Below, piece after piece: positions 8,919 through 17,833 of a DNA stretch of 64,000 nucleotides; position 1 is the first letter of the stretch, and every line of letters begins with the position of its first letter. Under the pieces are notes generated by a model, which worked only from the letters and a program-made list of their open reading frames with translations, searched no databases and was not told where the DNA came from. The stretch spans positions 39,801-103,800 of the forward strand of contig JAUXUT010000149.1 in assembly GCA_030680695.1 (NCBI GenBank). The letters run 5' to 3'. Origin of the DNA: a bacterium (lineage in GTDB: Bacteria > Patescibacteriota > Minisyncoccia > Phycocordibacterales > UBA6065). Made by a program: the position numbers and the translations under genes.

Positions 8919-9560
8919 TCAACTCCTCTCTTGTACGGGGCTGTCTGTAAGAGAGGATCGATCGACTAGCATGTCCGCCATCACCACCAATCGGTGAGAG
9001 TAGCTTTTCGTTTCCTTGTTCCATATCCCTTCGCAGGTGATGAGGTTAAGGTGCGCCTTGCCGTCTGTTGAATTGAATACCTCAGCAGTCGGGTCATGTT
9101 CGCCGTACATCGTGCTCGTGCGAACGATGAACGGTATTACATTTCCATCCTCATCCTCTACATAGATCATGTCTCCAGGCACGAGTTTGTCGAGATCGTC
9201 GAAGATAGCCGGTATCCCACCCTTGAATCCCGCGTGACCGTCGATGACCGCACTCCCTATTTCTCCGGGTCGGGGCCCCAGATAGAACCATCCTGCCGTC
9301 CGCGGCCCGTATGGCGCATCGAGGGCCCCTTGAGGGGTGATGCCGACTTGCTCGATTTTGGTATCGACTCCGATCTTTGGGATGCTCAAATGCACCGGTA
9401 TTCCTGCTGCACGGGCCGTCGTGTCTGTCGTTTGGACCGAGGCGACAGGGGGCGATGCCCTCATCTCATGGGGGACAAGTATCACGAGCGCGGCCAAGGC
9501 AATCCCGATGAGCAGAGCCTTGGTCGCAGAAAGCAGCCCCTCACAAGACAGGGCCCTCAT
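8919..9560 (-). CDS. Sortase-family transpeptidase (class E/F-like)
   Basis: N-terminal TM anchor, conserved His (GHAGF) and an LITCEG motif of the TLxTC catalytic-Cys type. Confidence 0.75.
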   Translation of the reverse strand: MRALSCEGLLSATKALLIGIALAALVILVPHEMRASPPVASVQTTDTTARAAGIPVHLSIPKIGVDTKIEQVGITPQGALDAPYGPRTAGWFYLGPRPGEIGSAVIDGHAGFKGGIPAIFDDLDKLVPGDMIYVEDEDGNVIPFIVRTSTMYGEHDPTAEVFNSTDGKAHLNLITCEGIWNKETKSYSHRLVVMADMLVDRSSLTDSPVQERS

Positions 9561-10708
9561 TAGCGCTTCGAGAACGCTCTCGTAGCCGAGAAGGCGAAGA
9601 TCGAACTCAGGCTAAGCATGATGATACTGAACACAATCATGTTTTTCGGGGAAGTCTCGCCCGAGAGGCCCGCATTCGGGAAAGAAGGCGCGTATGCTCC
9701 AGAGATATCTATCATGATATCTGCGCTCGTGGGCGAAACCGCGTTTACGACAGCCGCCGGGCTGGTGCTCGCTGACGTGGTTTCCACATCGCTTCGTGGG
9801 CCTCGCGTGCTTGAACCGCTTCCGCTCGATCCCGTACCGCTCGAATTCAATGCGAATCCTGGTACGCTCACAGGTGCGATGACGAGCGCTGGAGTGCTGA
9901 TCTGGTTTGCATCGAGAGTCACCTGAGTCTGAGCGAGAGCTCGTCCGTTAAGGACTGCACCGGTCTGGATGATGACCTGGGTTGCGCTTAGGATGGTTCC
10001 GTTGAAGGTGGAGAACGTTCCGAGAGTCGCTCCGGTCCCTCCTCCTACCTGCCAAAAGACATTGCCCGCCTGTGCCCCGCCGACTAGATTGACCTTTATG
10101 CCTGCAGGCACACTGGCTCCCGATGCTATACTGAGATTTCCGGCGATCTGGAATATCCAGACATCGTTTACACCTCCCGAAAGAGTGACGTCCGTCGGGA
10201 TAGAGACATTCGTGCTCCATTTATAGAGTCCTGGGGCGAAGGTTTGGCCTCCGAGGTTTCCGGCAAAAAGCTCTGTGCCGTCAGGAAGTGTCCTTCCTGC
10301 CGCATCGTTATAGGCGGTTACCATGTCGAGCACCGCGGTGTCTACAAAGGTCTTGTTCGAGAGGGGAGGATTGCCTGCGAAACATGTCTGCGATCCGCTG
10401 CCAACATACGCCGCGTTGACGCCGTATATGGTGCCGTTGATCTGAGAACAGAAGACGTCGTTCATCGCTGCCGCCGTTATCGGACTCGAGCCGATGTTGC
10501 CGGTTATAGCCGTAGTATGACCACCCGTCTCCGTTATTCCGGTTTGCGAGAGTATAGTGAAGTTGCTCGCCGACAAGAGATTAATCGCGGACGGTCCTGC
10601 TGCCAGGGCGATGCTCGGAATTGTTACGCCCATGAAGAAAAACACCGCTGTTGCAGCAAGGGCTGCGGTTCGATTCAACTTTTTCATATTCTTACTTTTA
10701 TTCGTCAT
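9560..10708 (-). CDS. DUF3494 (ice-binding-like) surface protein with a C-terminal sorting-signal-like tail
   Basis: Signal peptide; SAINLLSASNFTILSQTGITETGGHTTAITGNIGSSP resembles the DUF3494 N-terminal repeat; C-terminus has a hydrophobic stretch followed by RAFSKR. Confidence 0.7.
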   Translation of the reverse strand: MTNKSKNMKKLNRTAALAATAVFFFMGVTIPSIALAAGPSAINLLSASNFTILSQTGITETGGHTTAITGNIGSSPITAAAMNDVFCSQINGTIYGVNAAYVGSGSQTCFAGNPPLSNKTFVDTAVLDMVTAYNDAAGRTLPDGTELFAGNLGGQTFAPGLYKWSTNVSIPTDVTLSGGVNDVWIFQIAGNLSIASGASVPAGIKVNLVGGAQAGNVFWQVGGGTGATLGTFSTFNGTILSATQVIIQTGAVLNGRALAQTQVTLDANQISTPALVIAPVSVPGFALNSSGTGSSGSGSSTRGPRSDVETTSASTSPAAVVNAVSPTSADIMIDISGAYAPSFPNAGLSGETSPKNMIVFSIIMLSLSSIFAFSATRAFSKR

Positions 10709-10886
10709 TATATTGATGCATGTACAGCTTGGTAACGGTAGGGATCAGAGGTGTCGTTATTCGGTGCATTACATATGATAGCATTTTTACACAAAAATAG
10801 CTTATGATTGTCAATACTAGGACACGCTTTTTAAGAATGCGTTATCGACAGCATATTTAGGGCCTTGGGGCGATGAATCGCGGTCG

Positions 10887-11681
10887 CTAGAGGGCGTTGA
10901 ACGCGCGTTCCTTCATATGTCTTTCGGCCTCGTTGACGATTTTCTCCATCATGGCCACGGCCTCGACGGGGTATTTACCCACGGACGTTTCTTCGGAAAG
11001 CATGACAGCATCGGAACCCTGGAGTATGGCGTTTGCGACGTCGGTCACTTCAGCGCGAGTGGGGAAAGACTTTTCCTTCATAGACAACAGCATTTCGGTT
11101 GCAGTTATGACGGGTTTCCCGGCAGCGTTTGCGACCGCAATGATTTTAGCTTGTGCAAATGGCAGTGTTTCGATGGGAATGTTCGTGCCAAGGTCCCCGC
11201 GAGCAACCATGACGGCGTCTGCCGATTCGACGATTGAATCGATGTCGGCGAGGGCTTCGGCTCGCTCGATTTTGGCGATGAGTTTTTGCGTGCCGCCGAG
11301 CTTTGTAAGAGCCGCACGCGCATCATCGACATCCTGGGCTGATCCAATAAACGAGAGGGCGATATAATCGACGTTTTTCTCGACGCAGAATTTCATGCTT
11401 TCAATATCTTCATTGGTGAGCACCGACGCGCCTTTTTGGTATGTGTGACCGTTCTCGTTCTGGACTCGTGGGCCAGAGAGGTCCGCGATGATTGGTAGTT
11501 TCCTGCCAATCTTATTCTCGACCGACCGAACGGTGTCGATCTGGGCGGACTTTTCAGCGAAATCTCCCCATGCGAAGTTGAGACGTGCGATATCGGCCTG
11601 GCACGCAGTCATAGAAGTAAATACGGCCTCGTTCGATGATGCGGGTCCGATGGTGACGATTATCTGGGCTTTGGATGGCAT
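10887..11681 (-). CDS. pyk: Pyruvate kinase, short form (barrel domain only, 264 aa)
   Basis: IIVTIGPAS, MVARGDLG, KPVITATEMLLSM, PTRAEVTDVANA pyruvate kinase motifs. Confidence 0.85.
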   Translation of the reverse strand: MPSKAQIIVTIGPASSNEAVFTSMTACQADIARLNFAWGDFAEKSAQIDTVRSVENKIGRKLPIIADLSGPRVQNENGHTYQKGASVLTNEDIESMKFCVEKNVDYIALSFIGSAQDVDDARAALTKLGGTQKLIAKIERAEALADIDSIVESADAVMVARGDLGTNIPIETLPFAQAKIIAVANAAGKPVITATEMLLSMKEKSFPTRAEVTDVANAILQGSDAVMLSEETSVGKYPVEAVAMMEKIVNEAERHMKERAFNAL

Positions 11682-11706
11682 GACGTCAGTATATCACTGC
11701 GTGAGG

Positions 11707-12885
11707 CTAGCCGTGCGAATGACCGTGATGCGCACTCGCGTGTTCAAGAGCCCTTTTTTCTGCCTCGATTGTTTCTTCATCAGCTCTTTTTGGCTTCACG
11801 AGCATCAACACAGCAATCATGGTTGTCGCAGGCACAGTAAGGATAAGACCAATCGAACCGACCATGGTTCGGACTATTTCAGTTGCGAATATTTCGCGGT
11901 TCAAGATGAGCCCAGCCGATTCGGATGTATAAGAGAACATGAGAAGAAGGGGAAGAGATGCGCCGACATAGGCGATGGCGAGGGTATTCACGAGGGCGCC
12001 GATGTGTTCGCGACCGATACGAACAGCACGGGCGTATATCGTGCGGCGGGGCAGGTGCGGGGCAACGCGATGCAGTTCCTCTACGGATACAGCTTGGCCG
12101 ATGGCCGCGTCATACATAACACCAAGAAGACCGATCAGTATTCCGCCTAAGAGAAGTCCGGCGAGGTCTATGGTCCCGCCAGAACTGAAGTTGAGGTATA
12201 CCGCCTCGTCTGCGCCGAACCCTGTGAGGCTTGCCCATCCGATAGAAAGTTTTGCGAGTAGTCCCACGAGCGACACAGTGGCAATCATACCTACGACCGC
12301 GGCCGTTGTGGTCTTGTTGAAACCATGTGTCACATACGAACCAAGGACGATGATGAGCGACGATACACCGACAGCCACCAAGACAGGGGAATGGCCAGCC
12401 AGAATACCCGGTATGAGGACGAAGGCAATAACGGCAAATGATCCGGCGAGTGAAAGCAGACCACGCAGACCCTGCTTGCCTCCAAATACAACAGTGGCGA
12501 TTATGAACATAATCGTGAGCAACCAAAGAGCCGTGCCGCGATATGGATCGGCCACGCCGTATTGAATGATGTTACTGTCCCAATGGGTAACGCGTGAAAG
12601 GTAGAACTTGTTGCCTTTGTCGAGCATGACGAGGTCGTTTACAAGTTGAATAATCTGGCCCTTGCTCTCACCTTCGAGTATTTCCGCACGCAGTGTTTGG
12701 ATGTCGTGCTCGACTTCGGTTCCAGGGATGAACTCGACGCCTTCATTTACGACTTCTACGACCCGAGCCTTGAGTTTCTCGTATTTGTCTTGGACGAGTT
12801 CTTGCGCAACCGCCACCATTGGAAAGGTGAAGATGGCGAGGAAGACTATGAAAGCGAGCGCGGCTTTTATGCGCATGATTTGCAT
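11707..12885 (-). CDS. YibE/F-family membrane protein with His-rich C-terminus
   Basis: N-terminal signal plus periplasmic segment followed by polytopic TM region, like YibE/F. Confidence 0.7.
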   Translation of the reverse strand: MQIMRIKAALAFIVFLAIFTFPMVAVAQELVQDKYEKLKARVVEVVNEGVEFIPGTEVEHDIQTLRAEILEGESKGQIIQLVNDLVMLDKGNKFYLSRVTHWDSNIIQYGVADPYRGTALWLLTIMFIIATVVFGGKQGLRGLLSLAGSFAVIAFVLIPGILAGHSPVLVAVGVSSLIIVLGSYVTHGFNKTTTAAVVGMIATVSLVGLLAKLSIGWASLTGFGADEAVYLNFSSGGTIDLAGLLLGGILIGLLGVMYDAAIGQAVSVEELHRVAPHLPRRTIYARAVRIGREHIGALVNTLAIAYVGASLPLLLMFSYTSESAGLILNREIFATEIVRTMVGSIGLILTVPATTMIAVLMLVKPKRADEETIEAEKRALEHASAHHGHSHG

Positions 12886-13274
12886 ATACCAAAGAATTCT
12901 AGGGAATGGTCGGTGATGACGGAAAAGCGTTTGGATTTAATGCCGGCCACCGCGCCTTCGATGGCACATGTGTCGATGTCTTCGACTGTGCCGCACGATG
13001 TACACACGATGTGGTGATGATGGTGGCGTCCGACGGACATTTCATAGCGCACAGCGTCAGGGCCGAGATGCACCTCGCGCACGATACCCGCCTCGACGAG
13101 TGAACGGAGCGACCGGTACAGGGTGCTCTGGTTCGGGACTTTAACTTTTCTTGATATTTCCTTTATCGAGAGGGGATAGCGTTCGGCCACAAGGGCTGCA
13201 ACAAGGCCAATACGAGCCTTGGTGGCCTTCGTTCCCGTTTCGCGCAGCATGTCTGCTATGGCGTGGGTTTTCAT
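12867..13274 (-). CDS. zur: Fur-family metalloregulator, probably Zur
   Basis: HHHHHIVCTSCG...C..C Fur-family metal site; co-oriented directly downstream of a ZIP transporter. Confidence 0.8.
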   Translation of the reverse strand: MKTHAIADMLRETGTKATKARIGLVAALVAERYPLSIKEISRKVKVPNQSTLYRSLRSLVEAGIVREVHLGPDAVRYEMSVGRHHHHHIVCTSCGTVEDIDTCAIEGAVAGIKSKRFSVITDHSLEFFGICKSCA

Positions 13275-13295
13275 ATATGCATTATAGCCGTGCTC

Positions 13296-14099
13296 CTAGC
13301 GAAGCGCCAAGGTCTCTGTGGTTTCGTCGTGGCCGTCTTCCTCGCCTTCGTGTGCATGAGGGGCGACGATTGATACGGCGAGCATAAGGATTAGACCGAG
13401 AGCAGCCGCAGCGACGTGCTTGCCAGCCATGCCGTGGTCACGTATTGATTTGACCGTGTTCGGTACAAGGTCCCTTGCGATGAGATATATGAATCCTCCT
13501 GCTGATACTGAGATGAGGATTTCTTCAGCACCTTCAGTTGATACAAAGATTGCGGCTACTGCCACACCAACAAGGATGGACGATGCAGCGATAAAGCTTT
13601 TGGTCAGAGCTTCCTTGTTGGAATATCCCGCCTCTTTGAGGACGAAGAATTTTGCGGTCTCTTGGACGAGCTCATGAACAAAGATTGCTACGGTCGCGAT
13701 AAGGCCCGCAATCGGACTGGCGATGTAAGCAGGTACAAGTATGAAGCCGTCAGTGACGTTGTGCACCGCATCGCTTGCCAGAAGTCGGCGGGCATCAATA
13801 GGGGTGTGGGTATGAGCCGTGATTTCGTGGTGATGATGGTTGTTGGGGATGAGGCGCGCCGTGATAGCGATAACGGCGGCTCCGATGACGCCTGCAAGCG
13901 CGGCGCGCCAGAACCCGGCATGTTCTATGGCCTCGTATCCAAGCGTCCACACAAGGACGCCAAATACACCAATCGAAAATGAAGCAAGGTAATGGATGTT
14001 ACGAACCATCCATGAAGCAGGGCCGCGGCGAATAAACAGTACACCGACGAGCGAAGGGACCATGATAAGAAGGGCCGAGGCAAATGCAAAATATATCAT
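13296..14099 (-). CDS. zupT: ZIP-family zinc transporter (ZupT-like)
   Basis: HNVTDGF and HELVQE ZIP motifs, His-rich loops. Confidence 0.85.
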   Translation of the reverse strand: MIYFAFASALLIMVPSLVGVLFIRRGPASWMVRNIHYLASFSIGVFGVLVWTLGYEAIEHAGFWRAALAGVIGAAVIAITARLIPNNHHHHEITAHTHTPIDARRLLASDAVHNVTDGFILVPAYIASPIAGLIATVAIFVHELVQETAKFFVLKEAGYSNKEALTKSFIAASSILVGVAVAAIFVSTEGAEEILISVSAGGFIYLIARDLVPNTVKSIRDHGMAGKHVAAAALGLILMLAVSIVAPHAHEGEEDGHDETTETLALR

Positions 14100-14123
14100 C
14101 GCACTATGCTAACAGGGTCAAAA

Positions 14124-14150
14124 TCTAAATGCAAATCATTTGCATTTAGA
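14124..14150. promoter_or_regulatory. Perfect 13-1-13 palindrome upstream of zupT-zur: candidate Zur/Fur box
   Basis: tctaaatgcaaat-c-atttgcatttaga, 24 bp upstream of the zupT start. Confidence 0.6.
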
Positions 14151-14161
14151 TATGTTCTAAT

Positions 14162-14632
14162 TTAGATGGCGAGAAAGTATCCGTCGGCAGTTCGGTAGAT
14201 GCTGAGCGATGCGGGAATACCTCGCACCCAAAGGCCTTTGCGTGGGCCAGCCTGGGTCCATCCTGTATCACGCATATTGGAAGGTTTTACGCTGTACGAG
14301 ATGTCAGCCCAGATTTGGCGATCGGTAGATGTGGCGATTGCGAGTGAGTCGAGAGAATACGCGCTGATGTGAACCTGGCGGCAACCAGACATTTCCATAT
14401 ATCCGTTCATGAGGTTATCAAAGACCGCACGCGCGATGTCCTCGTCGTTCGAAAAATCAGTCGATGTGGCCCGGAGGAACAGGGCAGTGGCGTCGCCCGT
14501 GCATTGGCCGGCGGCTTGTTCCTCGGCGATGGACTGGCCTATGATGCCTTTATGATTCGCGAATCGATATCCTGCGAGAAGGACGATAATAATGGCCGTG
14601 ACGATTAGTATTTTCTTGTTCATAGTTTCCAT
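14162..14632 (-). CDS. Hypothetical membrane-anchored or secreted protein
   Basis: ORF with N-terminal hydrophobic anchor. Confidence 0.4.
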   Translation of the reverse strand: METMNKKILIVTAIIIVLLAGYRFANHKGIIGQSIAEEQAAGQCTGDATALFLRATSTDFSNDEDIARAVFDNLMNGYMEMSGCRQVHISAYSLDSLAIATSTDRQIWADISYSVKPSNMRDTGWTQAGPRKGLWVRGIPASLSIYRTADGYFLAI

Positions 14633-14650
14633 GCGGGGATTGTATCACGG

Positions 14651-15067
14651 CTAGGCGCGCTTTTCGTAGCTTTTTCGTTCAATAGCAATGACGAGAGCAA
14701 GCGCCAGAATAAGGATATTTTTGATGATGTATTGTCCTTCGAGGGAAGGCTGAAGAAAACCAGTCCATGACATAGCAGGCGCGAGGAGCAATGGCCCCGT
14801 CGTCATAGCGACGTGTGGCACCAACAGTATGAGCGCCGCCAATTGGACATGCGGGATAAGGAGAAGTACGCCAATGATGATCTCGAATATGCCCAGACCA
14901 ATGATGAATTGTTCGAATCCGATGAACGGTATGGTTCGAGCGAGAAGATCAGCGACGAGGGGATTTGCCGGGCTTGCATCAAATAGTTTGAGTGCACCGA
15001 ACCATATATAGACCATAGCGAGCGACCAGCGCGCGAAAAGATACATGAACCGTTCCTGTTTTGTCAT
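14651..15067 (-). CDS. DoxX-like small membrane protein
   Basis: Four-TM ORF; start set at MTKQERF. Confidence 0.45.
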   Translation of the reverse strand: MTKQERFMYLFARWSLAMVYIWFGALKLFDASPANPLVADLLARTIPFIGFEQFIIGLGIFEIIIGVLLLIPHVQLAALILLVPHVAMTTGPLLLAPAMSWTGFLQPSLEGQYIIKNILILALALVIAIERKSYEKRA

Positions 15068-15112
15068 GAGCACATTGTAGTACGTGGCTCGGCAATGAGG
15101 CAATGTTAGGAA

Positions 15113-15146
15113 AGAAAAAAGGCCCGCGACCGGAGGTCGCGGGCCG
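15113..15146 (-). terminator. Intrinsic terminator for gene 15151-15657
   Basis: ggcccgcgaccggaggtcgcgggcc stem followed by a T-run on the minus strand. Confidence 0.65.
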
Positions 15147-15150
15147 AAAA

Positions 15151-15657
15151 TCACGCCCCAAGGAACGTCGTCCTCCGGTGCAGGACATCAAAGTGCACAC
15201 CGTGTCCCCAAAGTGGGGAAGGCACAGTGACTACCATATCGAGAGCCTTGCCGATTCGGTAAGGGAGCTCTGTGGCGAGCCCCTTGTGGGTGAAAACGAC
15301 GAGCGTCCTCAACCCGACGAACCGTGAGACCACATCGAATGCGGCTTCAACGTCGCATCTTTCAAAGCTCGAGAAGAGCTCTTCGAATACGGCGTTGCGG
15401 GCAGATCTGTTGATGAGGAGGCCAATGGACTGGATGAAGAACCGAAGGCTCTCCACCGCAGAGATGTCGTGCGACGAGATTACTCCCGTGCCGTCCTGTT
15501 TGACGATGTCTCGTTCGACGAGGTTTCTTGCTCGATTACCGAGCCTCGTCTGCCCATTGGGCGTGATCGATGCCTTTGTACATTCTTCGTGCCGAAGCAC
15601 GATGATGTGCTCGAGCGCGCCTGGGAAGGCGTGCGCGGGCGGGGCAACTTTTTTCAT
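15151..15657 (-). CDS. Hypothetical protein
   Basis: ORF only; no motif recognised with confidence. Confidence 0.4.
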   Translation of the reverse strand: MKKVAPPAHAFPGALEHIIVLRHEECTKASITPNGQTRLGNRARNLVERDIVKQDGTGVISSHDISAVESLRFFIQSIGLLINRSARNAVFEELFSSFERCDVEAAFDVVSRFVGLRTLVVFTHKGLATELPYRIGKALDMVVTVPSPLWGHGVHFDVLHRRTTFLGA

Positions 15658-15717
15658 GAGGAACTATTTTGTGGGTTGAGGGGGTTTGCGTTAAATTGTG
15701 GGGTATATAATTAGGTT

Positions 15718-16011
15718 ATGCAAGAAACAACTGATGACACAAAGAAACCTTGGTTTAAAAGGAAGATATATGGTTGGGGCTGGTATCCTGCAACTTGGCA
15801 GGGATGGCTCGTCACGCTCGCCTATGTGGTGGTGATATTCGCGGCGGCTGCGACGGTGGACGATGGTTCGCCTGCACGTGAAGTTATTTTCACTTTTGTG
15901 CTTCCGTTGGTATTGGCCACAGGTGCGTTCATTCGCATTGCATACCGCACGGGTGAGAAGCCGAGGTGGCAGTGGGGACGGACGAAGAGTGATGAAGCGG
16001 AGCGGAAATAG
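15718..16011 (+). CDS. Small hypothetical membrane protein
   Basis: ORF with two TM helices. Confidence 0.45.
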   Translation: MQETTDDTKKPWFKRKIYGWGWYPATWQGWLVTLAYVVVIFAAAATVDDGSPAREVIFTFVLPLVLATGAFIRIAYRTGEKPRWQWGRTKSDEAERK

Positions 16012-16049
16012 TGTCCTGGGCATTGATTGCATAAACAGAAACAATATCC

Positions 16050-16322
16050 GTGATATCAGACGAAACTAAATCAATCCTTAACAGGATATATAAAAGCGAA
16101 AACAACTGGAAAGCTACGCATCTCGCTGTTTGGCATTTTGATGATTATTTACAAAAGGAATACCTCGAAGAACGAATCTTTCTTAGTGGGGTAGATTCTG
16201 GAACTGCCCATATCCAAAGGTATAAAAAAATAAGCGACGCTGATTTTGTTGTTGATTTTAAACTTCCCGCATCTAAAAGCGGCTTTAAAATATATAAGAC
16301 GAGTGAGTTGAGGAAGTTTTGA
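16050..16322 (+). CDS. Hypothetical small protein, possible partner of the HEPN-motif protein
   Basis: 90-aa ORF in an AT-rich islet; 4-bp overlap with the next gene. Confidence 0.4.
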   Translation: MISDETKSILNRIYKSENNWKATHLAVWHFDDYLQKEYLEERIFLSGVDSGTAHIQRYKKISDADFVVDFKLPASKSGFKIYKTSELRKF

Positions 16323-16735
16323 CATCCAGTGATAATCAACTTGTCTTCGGACATTTAGTGATTTTAATGTCATTGTTTGAGTCTCTTTTGATTTCTATAA
16401 AACCAGATTTTGAAAAGCCTAGTCCGAAAACTGGTTTCTCTCATCGTATTGACAACTTTTTCTCAAGTACTAATTATGGGACGCTTCTAGTTGATAAAGA
16501 AAAAGAAGAGCTTCATTTAGCTAGAGAGACCAGAAATTGCTATATACACAACAATGGAAATATAGACACTCGTTTCGTTACAGCCTATAAAAATGCGAGA
16601 GGGGATAGCCACAGCGATTTTTCAGGAAAAAGTTTGAGTACAGTATTTCCTGAATTATTCAAAGAAATAGAAACCTGGAATGAACTTATTTCGAGTATTT
16701 CAAAAAGGATAGAGGAAGTTTTGTTAGTAAAATGA
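16319..16735 (+). CDS. HEPN-motif (Rx4H) protein, putative toxin/Abi-like
   Basis: RNCYIHN matches the Rx4-6H HEPN motif; AT-rich (~33% GC). Confidence 0.4.
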   Translation: MTSSDNQLVFGHLVILMSLFESLLISIKPDFEKPSPKTGFSHRIDNFFSSTNYGTLLVDKEKEELHLARETRNCYIHNNGNIDTRFVTAYKNARGDSHSDFSGKSLSTVFPELFKEIETWNELISSISKRIEEVLLVK

Positions 16736-16877
16736 CGTAAAATTGTTTTTGTCGGTCACGGATAATTTCCTCGCCGACGCTCGGAAATTTCCGCGACCCC
16801 GGCTCGCGGCCGCGCCTACTGGCGCGGCATCCGCTCCGCCTTTCTACTCCCAGCATCTCTTCTCATTCAGACAATCA

Positions 16878-16910
16878 AAAAGACTGCCGAAGGGCAGTCT
16901 TTTTGATTGT
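16878..16910 (-). terminator. Terminator hairpin downstream of tmRNA
   Basis: aaaaagactgccgaagggcagtctttttgattg. Confidence 0.65.
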
Positions 16911-16912
16911 TG

Positions 16913-17305
16913 TGGAGATGCTGGGAGTCGAACCCAGGTGCACATGATCCTTCTCAACACTTCTACGCGATGTAGCTATTCTTTACCCCGATTAAGGGGT
17001 GTTAGGGCCGAGGGCTCGAGGAATAGCAGAACGCCCTTGACCCGATCCTCGTCGGCCGAAGCCGTTTACCGTGGGGAGAGGAGTCCCCGCGGCTATCCTG
17101 CATCTATGTCGCTGCTTGCCGGCGCGTCAGGAATGCACCGGGGCATCGTCGCTTAGGCTAGAGCGTAAGCGAATGAGAAATCCTTTGCCGCGAAAAACGG
17201 CGATTTGATGGATTTAGCATTTGTGGGTTCGGACAGATTAAAGAGTTATCCGGGCTCTATCGCGCATGAAGAGAAGGGAAGCATATGTCTATGCCTTTCA
17301 TCCCC
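16913..17305 (-). ncRNA. ssrA: tmRNA (ssrA)
   Basis: Minus strand: 5' GGGGATG... pairs with 3' ...CATCTCCA; T-arm CTGGGTTCGACTCCCAG; candidate tag ORF gca aag gat ttc tca ttc gct tac gct cta gcc TAA (AKDFSFAYALA); immediately downstream of smpB. Confidence 0.8.
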
Positions 17306-17341
17306 ATTGTTGTGCCGCCGCGTCGCGCGGCGGCTCGATCG

Positions 17342-17785
17342 CTATTGTTCTTTCAAGGTTCTCTGAATATGACGGTCGGTCTCGCGTTTCTTTATGGCGT
17401 GGCGCTTGTCGAATTGTTTCTTGCCGCGTGCCACTGCAATCTCCATTTTCAGCTTACTCCCCTTATTATACACCCTAACAGGGGTAATTGTCAAGCCAGC
17501 ACCGCCCTCGAGCGAAGCCATTTTGCGCAGTTCAGCCTTGGTAAGGAGGAGGCGAATAGGCCGGCCCTTTTCGGCATCGGCAGGTATATTGGTTGCCTGG
17601 TATGGGGGGATTTCCAGGTTGATGACGAAAGCCTCGCCGCCGCGCACGATGACATGCGAACCGTCGAGCGACGTCTTATGCTTGCGCATGGATTTAACCT
17701 CGTGCCCAGCAAGCTCCATGCCTGCCTCGAAGCGTTCGAGGATATCGTAGTTATATTCAGCTTTACGGCTTTCAGTTCGCGCCAT
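17342..17785 (-). CDS. smpB: SsrA-binding protein SmpB
   Basis: Typical SmpB sequence (GHEVKSMRKH..., ...NLEIPPY...). Confidence 0.9.
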   Translation of the reverse strand: MARTESRKAEYNYDILERFEAGMELAGHEVKSMRKHKTSLDGSHVIVRGGEAFVINLEIPPYQATNIPADAEKGRPIRLLLTKAELRKMASLEGGAGLTITPVRVYNKGSKLKMEIAVARGKKQFDKRHAIKKRETDRHIQRTLKEQ

Positions 17786-17833
17786 TCCGATATGCTATCA
17801 CATCCAGACGCACTGTTCTGATATACTGTTTTT

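Noticed and set aside
9560-10708. Gly/Ser/Thr-rich repeats in the DUF3494 gene as a possible tandem-repeat or CRISPR-like array
   Set aside because: The periodicity is at the protein level (beta-helix-like repeats), not identical DNA repeats with spacers. No CRISPR arrays were seen anywhere in the window.
16050-16322. Minimal nucleotidyltransferase (MNT) antitoxin assignment for the first islet ORF
   Set aside because: The GS...DxD spacing (SGVDSG...SDADF) does not fit the hG[GS]x9-13DhD pattern well enough, so it is reported only as a possible partner protein.
16743-17156. 137-aa plus-strand ORF
   Set aside because: It lies antisense within the tmRNA gene.
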